A stretch of 64,000 nt of DNA from Veleropilina oligotropha (taxonomy: Eukaryota): assembly GCA_048128005.1 (NCBI GenBank), contig JBEUKZ010000029.1, positions 1 to 64,000 of the forward strand, written 5' to 3'. The notes beneath the pieces are model-generated. The model was not told where the DNA came from and did no database searches. It worked only from the letters and a program-made list of their open reading frames with translations. Below are positions 46,290 to 59,532 of the stretch, piece after piece. Made by a program: the position numbers and the translations under genes. Position 1 is the stretch's first letter; the number at the start of each line of letters is the position of its first letter.

Positions 46290-46563
46290 ACTAGCTATGG
46301 TACCCGTCTCCGACGGGTAAGTCCCCCCAGCCCCAATTTTTTTTTTTTTTTTTTGGATAGTGCTCCCTTTTTTTTTTCTTTTTTTTTTTCTCGATTATTT
46401 TTCTCGAATTTTCCGAATTTTTTTCGTGGTAAACCTTCCTTGGGGGACCCCGATTAACCCCCCAAAGTTTGAAGGTCCTAGGTCAAAGCGTCTGGGAGGA
46501 GTTCAACTTGAAACAGACAGACAGACAGACCCGCATACAATTATAGCTCCATTATATTAAGAT
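46290..46563 (+). mobile_element. Helentron/DINE-like non-autonomous element
   Basis: ACTAG start, CCCGTCTCCGACGGG hairpin, (ACAG)n near the 3' end. Confidence 0.55.
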
Positions 46564-47058
46564 ATATCATGTATATCTGATAATATTTTGTATATTCGTG
46601 ACATAATATTGCGAGATTTTTAATTTCGCGTAATGAGCGAAATACTCAAACTTTAATTGCTCGTGAAATTTTCTTGATTTACAGGATTCGTAAATGAACC
46701 AATATCTGCGTTCATAGTTTCAAATATATTTGATTGCTTCAAATAGCAAATTTACGTATTGCTCTCGAAAACATCTTGGCAATTTCGACAACGATGTTTT
46801 TAGGTGCAAATTTGTTGCACATGACTTAATTGACAATTTGATGATGAATTTATGTTTAACGACAGCCAACAGATTTGCAGTCATAAATCGGGTCAATCAA
46901 CTTTGACTGATGAAAGAGTTGGTGATGTGTGAAATGGAGGAAGCGATCTTGGGAATAATAACAGGCACTCCCGGAAATTGAACCCAGAACTTTCCGTTAG
47001 TAGACCAGCACCGCGTCCACTTGACCACACTGCTTCCGCTTAACAAATGATATAATGA

Positions 47059-47227
47059 TGTTATCAGTATTGTGTGGATTCTGGCACATCGGAAACCTCG
47101 AGTGACGTCATAGTTTTTGCGGCGGATTAATCGCGAGAACGAAGTTCGAGCGATTTATATGCCGCAAAAACTACGACGTCACGAGAGGTTTCCGATGTGC
47201 CAGAATCCACACAATAACGTGATAACA
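47059..47227. repeat. Imperfect palindrome (foldback MITE-like)
   Basis: TATTGTGTGGATTCTGGCACATCGGAAACCTC / GAGGTTTCCGATGTGCCAGAATCCACACAATA arms. Confidence 0.85.
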
Positions 47228-47386
47228 TTTTTATTATATGCCACAACAAGTTTCTTATTAAATTGAATCGAAAGATTATGGTAATTTTAGTCATCCGTAA
47301 GGGAGGTTGATATAGTATATGACTATTAAAGTTAAAGATTGTAGCACTGCTGGATTGCATTGAAGGGTGCATCAATGGTAATTATT

Positions 47387-47428
47387 CCCTGACCGGTTTC
47401 AACCCATATGTGGGTCTTCATCAGAGGG
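47387..47428 (-). ncRNA. Minimal type I hammerhead ribozyme (Penelope/retrozyme-like)
   Basis: Minus strand CCCU-CUGAUGA-AGACCCACAUAUGGGUU-GAAA-CCGG-UC-AGGG: stem I CCCU/AGGG, palindromic stem III CCGG, GUC site. Confidence 0.8.
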
Positions 47429-47511
47429 GTGTCGTTGGTTCCTAAATTGTTCCGCCTTATATACTTTCGCATGTTGGCGTCACGTGATTGCCTAGGAGTC
47501 ATGGTAATGGT

Positions 47512-48070
47512 TAATAGCCGTTTGGTAATAGCCGTTGTGTATTATTACAATGGTCCGAATAGCCGGTCGAAATAGCCGGTCTAAATAGCCGGTCAAAATA
47601 GCCGGTCAAAATAGCCGGTCAAAATAGCCGTTCAAAATAGCCGTTCAAAATAGCCGTTCAAAATAGCCGGTCAAAATAGCCGGTCAAAATAGCCGGTCGA
47701 AATAGCCGGTCGAAATAGCCGGTCAAAATAGCCGGTTAGAATAGCCGGTGAAAATAGCCGGTCGAAATAGCCGGTCGAAATAGCCGGTCGAAATAGCCGG
47801 TCGAAATAGCCGGTCAAAATAGCCGGTCAAAAATTTCCGGTCCGAATAGCCGGTCGAAATAGCCGGTCGAAATAGCCAGTCGAAATAGCCGGTCAGAATA
47901 GCCGGTCAAAATAGCCGGTCGAAATATCCGATCAAAATAGCCGTTCAGAAATAGCTGGTCGAAATAGCCCGTCAGAAATAGCCGTTTTTAGAAATAGCCG
48001 GTCAAAATAGCCGGTCGCAATATAGCCAATCGGGATGATTGGTCGAAATAGCCGGGCAGGGTAGCCGGTC
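47512..48070. repeat. 13-bp minisatellite (AAATAGCCGGTC[A/G])
   Basis: Dozens of tandem units directly visible. Confidence 0.95.
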
Positions 48071-49046
48071 AGAATTGTCGGACGGAATGGCTGGTCGGAA
48101 TATCGCGTTGGATGGTCCGACGGGGTAACTGGACCTTGTGTCCAGTGGGAGTAGCTGATCTGAATGGTGAGTCAGGGGGGCTTAACAAAATGGCAGATCT
48201 GTGTGTTATTTTATCTATATATGATCCAAAAAAGAATCCGGTGAGATGCCGGTATTACAAAGGTTTTCTGGATTGATGTAAGACGGAGAGTGGAATCCTG
48301 TGGAATTTCCGTATTGCAAGTATAATTGTCTATGGAATGTGTATCTTGATGGGACCGGTGGGGTCCTTAGGGACTTGATTGGTCCGACTTTGTTGTGACG
48401 GTTGTGCGATGTAAATAGTTGGTGTTTCAACTACAGGCTTTTGAACTATAAGGAGGAACAAGAGAATGTTAGAGAAAGCATATAATATTTTATTAGATAA
48501 GTTCCAAATTCGGAAATAAGCGGTTATACGGTGTCTGTCCAAGCTGGTCGATGGATGTTGTTTTTGGTGATGTGCCGTGCCACTGCCAGAGTGGATCTGA
48601 TTACGTGGCTGGTGTTAGGTGTGCCTCGGGTGCAGCCGGTGGGGGGGCTGTGGGATCGCCAGCTATGGACAGACGGTAACTTGTGTAGACCATCGTGTCG
48701 GTTGATGTAGGGTATTGATGAGCAGCACGCGTCTCCGAATAGTGTTGGAGGCGCGATTTCATAGTCTCTTAATGCGATCCATGCGTCGTTATGGAGGTCG
48801 TCGATGGTCGATTCGCCGTATGGATAATCTAAGTTGACCGGTGTGGTGTTATGCGACAGGGTGACATATGGCGAGGGCGGCAATGCGGAAATGGGGCAGA
48901 ACGATGGGCTTATGATGAATTCTCGTATTAGAGATGATAGGCTTGTCGCGGTATTCGCCATGGGTTCTGAGGTGTCCATAGGTGTTAAAATGGGAGTGGT
49001 GAGCGACATGGCATCGGTGTCTTGAAATGTGTTGCAGTGTGGCGAA

Positions 49047-49562
49047 TCATGTTTGAAGGTGGCGGCTGCTTCTGCCAAGATTTTGTCGAGGAAGCCGAAG
49101 TCCAGATGTGTCGAGTGTCAGGAGGGTCGGACTGGTGATTGTTTGTACCAGGGCGGGACGGGTGAGAACGGAAGGTGGTGTCCCCGATGTGCGTCCAGCT
49201 GTTTCCTGCGTCCGGATGGATTCTGGAAATACGGCTTCTTCGTGGATGGTGGATGGTCGATGGTTGAGGTTGACTTTAAGTGGTGGTATCTCGGTTTGTG
49301 ATATCCCAATGTTGATGTCCCGGTTGGATGGTTCGGCCGAGCGGCGGCGATGTCGGACCCGTTTGGATGTCTTCGGTCGGCCGCGGTTGGTGTGGTAGTC
49401 AATACCATGGGCCTGTAGTTTATGAGTTTTTAAACTGTCGCTCCTTGTGAATCGTTGTAGGCATTGGTCGCATTTGAATGATGTTTTACGATGGGTGAGG
49501 ATATGGCGATGAAGAGAACTGCTATGTTGATAAAATTTACCACAGGTCTTACACATTGCCAT
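49047..49562 (-). CDS. Intronless two-C2H2 zinc-finger protein, probably element-borne; may continue via frameshift into 48524-49078
   Basis: CKTCGKFYQHSSSLHRHILTH and CDQCLQRFTRSDSLKTHKLQAH; upstream TATA-like ATAAATAG and two TGACGTCA sites. Confidence 0.7.
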   Translation of the reverse strand: MAMCKTCGKFYQHSSSLHRHILTHRKTSFKCDQCLQRFTRSDSLKTHKLQAHGIDYHTNRGRPKTSKRVRHRRRSAEPSNRDINIGISQTEIPPLKVNLNHRPSTIHEEAVFPESIRTQETAGRTSGTPPSVLTRPALVQTITSPTLLTLDTSGLRLPRQNLGRSSRHLQT

Positions 49563-50325
49563 CTTGGATTTAAAATGCAATGTGGCGGTGGAAAATCACC
49601 TATTTATGGATCGTGTGTTGACTGTGACGTCAGAGATTGTGGGTTCTGACGTCATACGTCCGGATGATGGAGATATTATATGCGTGTACCAATTTGGTTT
49701 ATGCGCGATGTCGTATCCCCCTTCTTAACTAGTATATGACTATATTGGAATTAGTTCCTACGATTTGTCAGCCATTTTGAATATATAAGCAGGAGACATT
49801 TTCCTGTGAATATATAAGCAGGAGACGTTTTCTGAATCGATATCAGCTGTGTCCGTGATACAGGGTCTCGGAAAACTGTACGAGAATAGGCATCAGAAAA
49901 CGACTGGCATATAATAAAGGTAATGATCGAACATGACATTATTTAATGAAAAGCCACACTGCATGTTTGCTTGTTTTCGCAAATGATAAACTTTTTCACT
50001 GTTTCTTTGGCAAAAGCAAATAATTTAATGGCGGATCATTTCCGTATCATTTCAGTTATGCTCATGATCGTTACCGATAGATTTAGGCAAAAATAAATTC
50101 TGACGTGCTGACTAAACGTTTTCCTTCTTGATTATTTTAGTTTAGTCAAAATACGTGAGTTCGATTCTCCTGTTTGAATAAAAAGTCAATTTTGCTATTT
50201 TTGTTATGAATAAAGAGAATGAAGATATCTCTCAATAATGAAGATCACGTTATTTCTATATAGACCAGATTGTGCGACTTCCATTTTGAGCAGATATTGA
50301 ACGAATATGCGGATGGTGCTACTCA

Positions 50326-50948
50326 TCAGGGTACGGATGTATAGAACGTTAAAAGACTTGCGTACTGGATCACGTCTGGGGCCAGCAAACGGAAAGTGTT
50401 ATCATATTCATAAACAGCAAAAATTGGCCAAACTCCCCGAGATGTGTCCACGTTCGTGAATGTATATAAACACTTGCTTTCGTCAACGTCAAAAACTGAG
50501 AGCAAGCGATTATCGATGTCCAACAGTAGACCGTATTGTCGAATGTGCTGTTTGCTTTCGCCTCTAACGCCACAAACCTCTTCATGCAGACACTGATCTG
50601 CATGCATCATTCTGATAGTCGTTGTTGCATGATGATGTATGTGTACCGCCCACGACGCAGCGTCACTTCCAGGTTCAATGTCTTCATGTCTCACCAATGA
50701 CGTCACTCCAAAAACAGATGAAATCCAGCCGCCTGGATCACAAACTGCTTCCACCACCCAATATGGGCGGCCAGCCGTCATGCGGGAGTTCCCCAGAACA
50801 GTGTATTTATTGGGCAGTGCATTCTTGGCTTGGGGGTATTGACCACTAAGGTGCTGAGCGTCTAAGGTGGCACACGCTGTTTTCCTACCATTTCTCGAGA
50901 CGCGGACAGCAGCACCGGCTCGTTTGTGGTCGAATAGTAAATTTGGGA
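50326..50948 (-). CDS. Terminal PRY-SPRY (B30.2) exon of a TRIM-like gene
   Basis: TTTCAG acceptor; LLFDHKRAG..VRVSRNG...TVLGNSRMTAGRPYWVVE...YGLLLDIDNRLLSVFD...VWPIF; phase 1 matches the FN3 exon. Confidence 0.8.
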
Positions 50949-51829
50949 CTGAAATAAATCAAACGTGATTGTGTAAAAAATATTTATAAGAAAATTATTA
51001 CGTTTCATTAAAAAATAAAGCAGAGGCGGGGAGAAAATCAGTGTTTCCCCAGCTGATAGTAGTATGAGAATGATGACGGGTAAAACGCCAACATAAATTA
51101 ATATACAGTAATAATAATAATATTCCATTTATAACGCGCTGTATTCCATGTATATACATGCTCCAAGCGCAGACATTATTATCTCTGGTTTTTATCGGCC
51201 TGTTCCGATCACGAATCCATCTCCGCTCCCTTTGAGAGTATTACAGTCAAGCTGCCATTAGTGTGCATTACGACTAAATAACACACCAACCAGGTATCCA
51301 TTTAGATCGGCTGGGTGAACAGAGGCAAATATATGCTTACTCCCTTGCCCAAGGGAAGTCACCGAGACCGGGGCGAACAAGGGACTCTTCCACCAGAGTC
51401 ATGTGAACATCCCACTGAGCCACGACGCAATCGTACCCGAAACACGGTCTTGCGTTAACCCACCTCCCAGTGCCTCCAGTAATACGTCGGATATGTGACC
51501 CTGGGGTAGATTTTGCCAATTTCTGTTCAGGGCTTGTGGTTGTTCTTGCAGGCTCAACCGATGCCGTTGGGTTCGAGCCCAGCCGGCATTTCTATCTACT
51601 TCAAAACTAGAACTGATATCCAGAGGATAACTAATACCCCCCTCTCCCCGCCTCATATTTATTATACAAACTATCAGTATAGAAATCCAGTGAATAGTTG
51701 AATACAAAAAATAGACGGATGAATGGACAGAGGGACAAACAGGATAATTCCATTGGGTTAGGAAATATAGACCTGCTACAAAATGATAAACCATGAACAG
51801 TCTCTTAAAAGTAGTCTATACAAAGATTT

Positions 51830-53515
51830 GGCTGAAAGTCATAACAGAAAGATCAAAGGTCATAACTTAAAGGTCAAAGGTCATTCTGGAAAAAATCGCT
51901 CCAGGTGCACAACTACATGATATAGTGATCCTGTATGCCAAGTGTCGACGAAATATTCCCAGTAGGTTGGGAGTAGTCCGAACAAGGTAATAACAATGTT
52001 TAGAAATCCAGAGGTCACTCACCGTGTCAAGGCCAAAGGTCATAACGGGAAAATTGCCCGTCGTTGCACAACTACATGATGTAGTTAGATCATGTATTCC
52101 AAGTGTCGACGAAATATTTCCAGCAGGTTGGAAGGAGTAGAGTCCGGACAAGTTAATAACAGACAATGTTTAGAAATCCAGAGGTCATTATGTCAAGGTC
52201 AAAGGTCATACCGGGAAAATTTGTTGCTGTTGCACAACTACATGATGTAATGATCGTGTATACAAAGTTTCGATGAAATATTCCCAGTAGGTTAGGATGA
52301 GTAGTCCGGACAAGTTAATAACAGACAATGTGTAGAAGTCCAGAGGTCACTATGTCAAGGTCAATGGTTATACCGGGGAAATTTGTGACCATTGCACAAT
52401 TACATGATGTAGTGATCAAGTATGCCAAGTGTCGATGAAATATTCCCAGCAGGTTGGGAGGAGTAGTCCGGACAAGTTAGTAACAGACAATGTTTAGAAG
52501 TCCAGAGGTCACTATGTCAAGGTCAAAGGTCATACCGGGAAAATTTACCGACATTGCACAACTACATGAAACAGTGATCATGTATGCCAAGTGTCGATGA
52601 AATATTCCCAGCAGGTTGGGAGGAGCAGTCCGGACAAGTTAATAACAGACAATATTTAGAAGTTCAGAGGGCAATATGTCAAGGTCATGGGTCATACCAG
52701 GAAAAATGGTGCCGTTGCACAACTACATGATGTGGTGATCATGTATGCCAAGTGTCGATGAAATATTCACAGTAGGTTGGGAGGAGTAGTCCGGACAAGT
52801 TAATGACAGACAATGTTTAGAAATCCAAAGGTCATTATGTCAAGGTCAAAGGGCTAAACAGGTAAAATTACCGCCGGTGCACATCTACATGATGTAGTTA
52901 TCATGTATGCCAAGTGTCGATGAAATATTCCCAGCAGGTTGGGAGGAGTAGTCCGGACATGTTAATAACAGACAATGTTTAGAAGTCCAGAGGTCGCTAC
53001 GACAAGGTCAAAGGTCATACAGGCGAAATTTGGGAACGTTGCACAACTACATGATGTAGTGATCAAGTATGCCAAGTATTGATGAAATATTCCCAGCAGG
53101 TTGGGAGGAGTAGTCCGGACAAGTTAATAACAGACAATATTTAGAAGTCCATAGTTCACTATGTCAAGATCAAAGTTCATACCGGGAAAAATATACCGCC
53201 GTTGCACAACTACATGATGTAGTGATCATGTATGCCAAGTGTCGATGAAATATTCCCAGCAGGTTGGGAGGAGTAGTCCGGACAAGTTAATAAGTTATTA
53301 ATAATAAAAGGCAATGTTCATAAGTCCAGAGGTCGCCATGACAAGGTCAAAGGTCTAACTGGGAAAATTTCGCTCACGTAACAACTACATGATGTAGTGA
53401 TCATGTATCCCAAGTGCCGATGCATTCTGCTCAGCAGGTTGGGAGGAATACGGCGAACGGACGGACAGACAGGGTGATTCCAATATACCCCCTAACTTCG
53501 TTACGGGGTATAATA
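51830..53515 (+). repeat. ~162-bp tandem array in a Helentron/HINE-like element
   Basis: ~10 units (GTTGCACAACTACATGATGTAGTGATC...), then ACGG/ACAG repeats and a terminal TATACCCC...GGGGTATA hairpin. Confidence 0.85.
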
Positions 53516-53567
53516 ATAGGCCATGGCCTATCTGTTGATCATAGGAGTGTGTCCTTTAACCAAGGGT

Positions 53568-53721
53568 GATAGCATGGCCGAGTGGATACGGTGCTAGTCT
53601 ACTAACAGGAGGTCACGGGTTCAAGTCCCGGGAGTGCTGGGGATTTTTTCCAATGTTCACTTTATAACTGAAATACTGTTGGCGTGATCGTTAAACATTA
53701 ATTCATCATCATCATCATCAT
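53568..53721 (+). mobile_element. tRNA-derived SINE
   Basis: A box TGGCCGAGTGG, B box GGTTCAAGTCC, (CAT)n tail; related minus-strand copy ~46830-47040. Confidence 0.65.
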
Positions 53722-54285
53722 CGTGTCGTTAAACAGGGTCTCTCGACAGTATTCGTAAAACTCTGAAATCACTGGCTATATTGCACTAACTAACAGGAGC
53801 GGGTTCAAATCTTTGTTGGGACATGACATTTTTGGTTTCAATTGCAGTTTTCCGTAGCTGACTGGGTTTCCGGGCCTCCCTCTAGCGATAATATGGGCGT
53901 GTCCTGTTTTGAACCTAAAGCATGTTACATGACAATAAGGATAGAGTCAATCGATCATAAAAGCAGTGATGGTTGATAAGCACGAGACATTAAGAATTGA
54001 CACCAGCCAAAGTACCGTGCAATCTGCCGCTAACATTTTTAAGGTCCGGATTCTAGTAAAATAATTTCATACTAACCAACATTGACATTGTTTTAAAATA
54101 ATTATGTGGTATCTAAAGCAAAGCTTCGGTATACCGTCTCCGTTTTCAAGACTGATAATGGTTTTTAAACCATGCTGTCACACTACGTTTTAAGACATAT
54201 CTACCAGTTGACCTATCGAGGAACGTTTTATTTTTATCGAATGTGGGATGCAATACTACTACGGTAGTTCCTTATTCATGCTTAC

Positions 54286-54561
54286 GTGTTATGGTCGGCA
54301 CCGTGACTGAAGCAGACGGTCGACTGTCTCTTCCATTCACCATCGCTGTTACCCACAATTCAGTTATGTCTGTACCGTCAATGTTTTCTATTACGCATTT
54401 CTCATCCTTTGTGGTTGCGATTGGCCACGTGGACGCATTGACTTTAGAGAAGATCCTGTATGACTCGGCATCTGGTATTGTGGTCCATTCCAAGACGACT
54501 TTGTTACTTTTCCTTCCTTGTATCACAGGACTTAATTTTGTTATTTTGGGACCATCCATTT
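54286..54561 (-). CDS. Fibronectin type III exon of the TRIM-like gene
   Basis: VVLEWTTIPDAESYRIF...LWVTAMVNGRDSRPS; AG/GT boundaries, phase 1-1. Confidence 0.75.
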
Positions 54562-55053
54562 CTAAATGTAATAATAACCGACAATTTATTAGATGAAAAG
54601 ACATGTTAATTGGGAACGAAATAATAAGAAATACAAGAAGTACAAAATGCTTGCGAATTAATACCGAATTTAACACAACAGTTACTTTTCGTTATTCGGC
54701 TAAAATAAGAATTATGTAAATTGGTGGCAAAATGTCGCATATCCAGCCGCACCGGCGTTCCTTTTCTTTAATTTTGCGATAATATGGACATGTCGTGGTA
54801 AGAAGTTGGAAGTTACGCAAAGATAAAAACCATGACCACATATCTGAAAATCCATAATACTTCATGCAAATGGTGAATGTACGTGGAGCACGCAATCATG
54901 TGAAGAGAAGAAATGAAATTTTCCTCAAGTGGCCATTGTGTTTCTGTGTTTGTTTTTATGGCATCTCTAGTTGTATTATGCTAATATATAATTTAACGTA
55001 AGATTGGTAGGTAAGAATAATAATGCATTTCAAAATCACGGACCGCCAATAGA

Positions 55054-56018
55054 AACTAGCGAATCCTCGACCCAGAAAGTCGAGGGGATGTATCCCCTCC
55101 CACGGTAGCAAAAATCAATAGGCTCCGTGTCCTCATCACATCAAACATGTATACCAATATTGAATTAAATCAAATTAGAACTATTTACTGTAGATCGCGC
55201 ACAAGAAATATCTTAAAATAAAAAGGCTGCCGCGACGACCATCTTGGATCCGAAAACAAAAGGAAATCGTTAGGCGGTGTGTCCTCATTATAACTAAAGA
55301 GCATATCAAATTTGAATCAAATAGGAAAATAACTTTTCACTGTAGAGCATGCATAAGAAATATCTTCAAATAAAATGGCTGCCACGGTGGCCATCTTGGA
55401 TCCAAAAACGATGAAAATCGCTACGTGACATGTCGTCATCATAACTAACATGCATACCAAATTTGAATCAAATCGGATAATAATTTTTCACTGTAGAGCG
55501 CGCACAAGAAATCTAATCAACTAAAATGGCCGCCAAGTGACCATCTTGGATCCGAAAACGACGAAAATATTTAGGCGGCATGTCCTCATCACAACTAAAG
55601 CGCATAGCAAACATGAATCAAATGGGATAATAACTTTTCACTGTAGAGCGCGCACAAGAAATCTCGTCAAACAAAAAGGACACCATGGTGGCCATCTTGT
55701 ATCCGAAAACGACGAAAATCTTTAGGCAGCATGTACCCATCATAACGAACGCGCATACCAAATATTAATCAAATCGGATAACTACTTTTCACTGTAGATC
55801 GCACACAGGAAATCTCTCCAAACAAAATGGCCGCCACGGCAGCCATCTTGGATCAGAAAACGACGAAAATCATAACTGACGTGTATACCAAATTTGAATC
55901 AAATCGGATTAGAATCTTTCACTGTAGAGCGCACATAATAAATCTCTGCGGCGGCGGATGCGGCTGAACGATGCCTAAATCATACTATCCCCGAAATGTT
56001 AAATTTTGGGGATACAAA
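55054..56018 (+). repeat. ~122-bp tandem array in a HINE-like element
   Basis: Repeated AAATGGCCGCC...GCCATCTTGGATC units; terminal TCCCC...GGGGA hairpin. Confidence 0.8.
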
Positions 56019-56032
56019 GAGCAAATATATAC

Positions 56033-56154
56033 CTGGAACTTCGCAGATTTCAAGTTTCATTAACTCCCTTAAAACGGATTCATTGTTGCATGTTAACCCA
56101 TCAATCCTCTCGAACATCCTGCGCACTTCGTCAAAGTCCGACTTTAATGATGAC
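56033..56154 (-). CDS. Internal exon of the TRIM-like gene
   Basis: SSLKSDFDEVRRMFERID...CEVP; TTGTAG/GTATA splice sites, 3' phase fits the FN3 exon; a small upstream exon was not located. Confidence 0.55.
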
Positions 56155-56643
56155 CTACAAAACAACGTGAATAAATGATATTCTACCCGCAATGGTTTGA
56201 TACAAAGAAATGTCATCTGAATTGTTCAACAACATTCTCAATATATCTCTAATATCAATGTGGATCCACACGTCCAATGTGGATCCCCGGATATTTCTCC
56301 AAACGACATACACGTACACACAGAACAAGAGCTAAAGCTTGAAATGGCTCGCATGCGTGGAACCATGCATCAATCACTTATATTTCATGAGTATTGTGTC
56401 TACATTCAATAGTAGATGACATTATCAATTTGAAATAGACACAAAATGACTATTTATATGCAGAATTTCAATTAAATTGCTTTCAATATTTTTACTCTAG
56501 GGTTAGATGACAATGAAATAATGATATCTGACAAAGGAAGATGCCAAAGTATGCCTATTGTTGCATATATATAGCGTGCTTGAGAATCTTTAACGAAAAT
56601 TCTTAAGTCCAAAAGCAGCATTTTATGGTAAAATTTGAATTAA

Positions 56644-57313
56644 ACTAGACTTATCACAGAAGTGATTATATGCCCCCACAAAAGAACAGGCTGTTGCAGT
56701 GATCGACTTTCGGTACCCGGCACAACTTAGGGATATGAAGCATGCACACATCAAGTTTCGTGTTCCTTGGTCAAATAGTATGGGAGATATGGAGCAGAAG
56801 GGAATTTTGGACCAAATGCGGTCAAGCGTGGAAAGTAGACCACAGTGACCTACTTTTGGTATGTGACACAACTTTGGGTTATGATGCATCCACACATCAA
56901 GTTTCGTGTCCCTAGTTCAAATAGCATGAGAAATGTGGAGTGGAAAGGAATCTTGGACCAAACGCAGGTAAGCATGAAAAGTAGTTTGTGGCGACCTACT
57001 TTTGGTACACGACACACCTTTGGATTAAGATGCATGCACACATCGAGTTTCGTGTCCCTCGGTCAAATACTATGGGAGATATTGAGCGGAAGGGAATTTT
57101 GGACCAAGTGCAATCAAGCGTGAAAAGTATGTCGCGGTGATCTACTTTCGGTACGCGACACACCTTTGAGTTCTGACTCATCCACACATCAAATTTTGTG
57201 TCCCTAGACGAAATATTATCGTAGATATGGTGCGGAAGTGAATTTGCAACAAACCGACAGACAGACAAGCTGACTCTTATATGCCGCCCTTAAACGTCGT
57301 GTGTGGGGCACAA
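56644..57313 (+). repeat. ~150-bp tandem array in a HINE-like element, nested in another repeat
   Basis: Repeated CACATCAAGTTTCGTGTCCCT units, (ACAG)n and terminal hairpin. Confidence 0.7.
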
Positions 57314-58266
57314 TTATTTACAATATTATTTATTTATGATCAATTATGATATCCAACATATAGTAATGCTAAAACATGCATATTGCTGCTTATATAGCAT
57401 GATTGAGAATCTTTAACCAAAAACTTAAAAATTTTAATTCCAAAAGCAGCATTTTATGGTGAAATTCGAAGGAAATTACCTTCAATATTATAATATTTAT
57501 TTAGTGTGAGGTAACGATGAAATAGTGATATCTAGCATACAGAAATGTTAAAGCATGCATATTGTTACTTATATAGCATGATTGAGAAAATTTAACCGAA
57601 AACTTTAACAGGAGAATCAATTGTTGACACCGGTCAGAAAGACGGCCAGACGACATGCTCATTACATAGACTCGCATTTGCGTTGCATGCGAGCCAATAA
57701 TGGGAATGTTATGAACGATAAAATAAATTAAACGTACCTCCGTAAAGTGATCCGACACTCCTGTGGATTGAAGAGTAAAATGGAATTAATAATGTGCAGC
57801 GTATGGTAATATATGGCATATGACCAATATTGGGAAATTCTTTCACCTAGGACCAATTAATTATTGTTGATTTACAGGTGGCTACAATAATTTTTGGCAA
57901 CTTCAAACAAGATCGGTTCATATCAAGCACTGATAACCATTTGACGTATATTCGTAAAAGTTGATTTTTAAAAATAGTAACATTGTGTCTGATCTGAGAT
58001 ATAAAGACAACTTAAGTTTTTAGGCGGCACCACTCTCAGATGTGTCTCTGACCATCCATCCGGTTGTGTCCGTTCTAGATCATAATCGGTTTAATATCGA
58101 TACATCGCGCCACCTTTTGGGAAAATATTCCAATATCAATCTGACGTACAAACAATAAATTCCTTTGAAGATGTTTGAATTATAACCAAATCACTAAGGT
58201 TTAATGACATGCTTCTGAATCATCATTTATAGAATTTAATATTTTACAGTGGACACATATGTCTAC

Positions 58267-58455
58267 CTTGATAAATGAAATCGTGTCAGTTCGTTCTTGG
58301 AGTTCTCTGTATGTCGAGATGGCTGGTGCCAAGTAATCTATAGCACATTCTGCTTCTTTGACGTCAGCCCTGAGTTTGGCTAAAACTTCCTCTTTCCTTC
58401 TTGTTACCGTAAGTTCAATCTCCTCAAACACAGATGCCACCAACTCAAATTTTGC
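58267..58455 (-). CDS. Coiled-coil exon of the TRIM-like gene
   Basis: VASVFEEIELTVTRRKEEVLAKL...DTISFIK with TTTTAG/GTAGA boundaries, 189 bp. Confidence 0.65.
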
Positions 58456-59319
58456 CTAAAACGATATATAGAGAAAATGTGTATGTAATGTCCAACAATC
58501 ATATTGTAGCTGACAAGCTATGTTTAAATGCAATTTCACTAAATTACCGCAGATGCATAACATGCATAGCTTTTGAAAAATAATTGTAGGCCAAATATCG
58601 AGATTCCCCAATTCGGCATCTCCATCCTCAAAGACATATTTCACTTATTCTAGCTAGACAAGGCATTCATTTTTAGAAAGAATATTACTTATTGTAAGAA
58701 TGTTTACATTATGAGATGATATGGAATTCCAGTGGTGTAGGAAGCAAAGTTGGATTGGGGAGGGTAAGACAGAAAAAGGGCACTTTGCATATTGTTTAAC
58801 AAATTATGCATAACAAAGGTTGAGAGAGTTCAGGATATTTTCCAAATATAAATATGAAGAGAGTCGAATTATTCTATGAATGGTCCGCATAGAGGTGGGG
58901 CCCCACGAGGAAGGAAATTTTGACAATTAACTGGTCTGCGTGGGGGCGAGGCGCGATGCGGAGGAAATTTTGACAATTAACCTTGGATGTGAAACCCCCT
59001 CTCCTGTATTCGGAGAGCGCGAATTATAATGTTCTATTTCTTACCAACATCTTTGAACCATTTTCACTACTCTGTAAAAATTTTAAAGGTAGGCCTTCAC
59101 CTTAAAATATTTATAAAAAAATTTACCACATATCGAAACAGAAAATATTATTGAATTTCAAACCATATAAATTTGGTTAGGGGGAACGTAGTCAATCGCA
59201 TTGTATATAACTAGTTGTTTAAAGATATTTTTGAAGTGTATACATTGGCACATGTGTGCACGAGGATTGAGGACGTTTTACCAGACGTTGTTGAAATATA
59301 ACATACCGAGCTCTGTATA

Positions 59320-59530
59320 TACTGTAAAACCCCATATTTTAGCGTGCCTTTTATTTTCGTGAGTTTCGCGTAACTAATATTATCGCGAAAATAAAAGGCC
59401 GCGAAATATATTATGGAATAAAGCTCAATAACATATGGATTAAAAATCGCTAATTTACAAGGCCGCTAATATACAGGTATATGAGAAATCGCTAAATTTT
59501 ATGGCCGCTAAAATATAGGGGTTTACAGTA
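59320..59530. mobile_element. TA-flanked Tc1/mariner-type MITE
   Basis: TACTGTAAAACCCCATATTTTAGCG ... CGCTAAAATATAGGGGTTTACAGTA. Confidence 0.75.
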
Positions 59531-59532
59531 TA

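Noticed and set aside
46907..46935. Other CTGATGA matches (also ~8352, ~40887, ~50323 rc, ~61059 rc)
   Set aside because: None has a stem II followed by GAAA with closing stems I/III.
47512..48070. CRISPR-like array
   Set aside because: Contiguous tandem units without unique spacers in a eukaryotic context; the same applies to 51830-53515.
51399..51794. Additional exon of the TRIM-like gene
   Set aside because: Splice phases do not fit; the FN3 exon joins the SPRY exon in frame without it, and the ORF runs into a SINE.
53568..53640. tRNA gene
   Set aside because: A/B boxes are present, but there is no convincing acceptor stem and a SINE-like body and (CAT)n tail follow.
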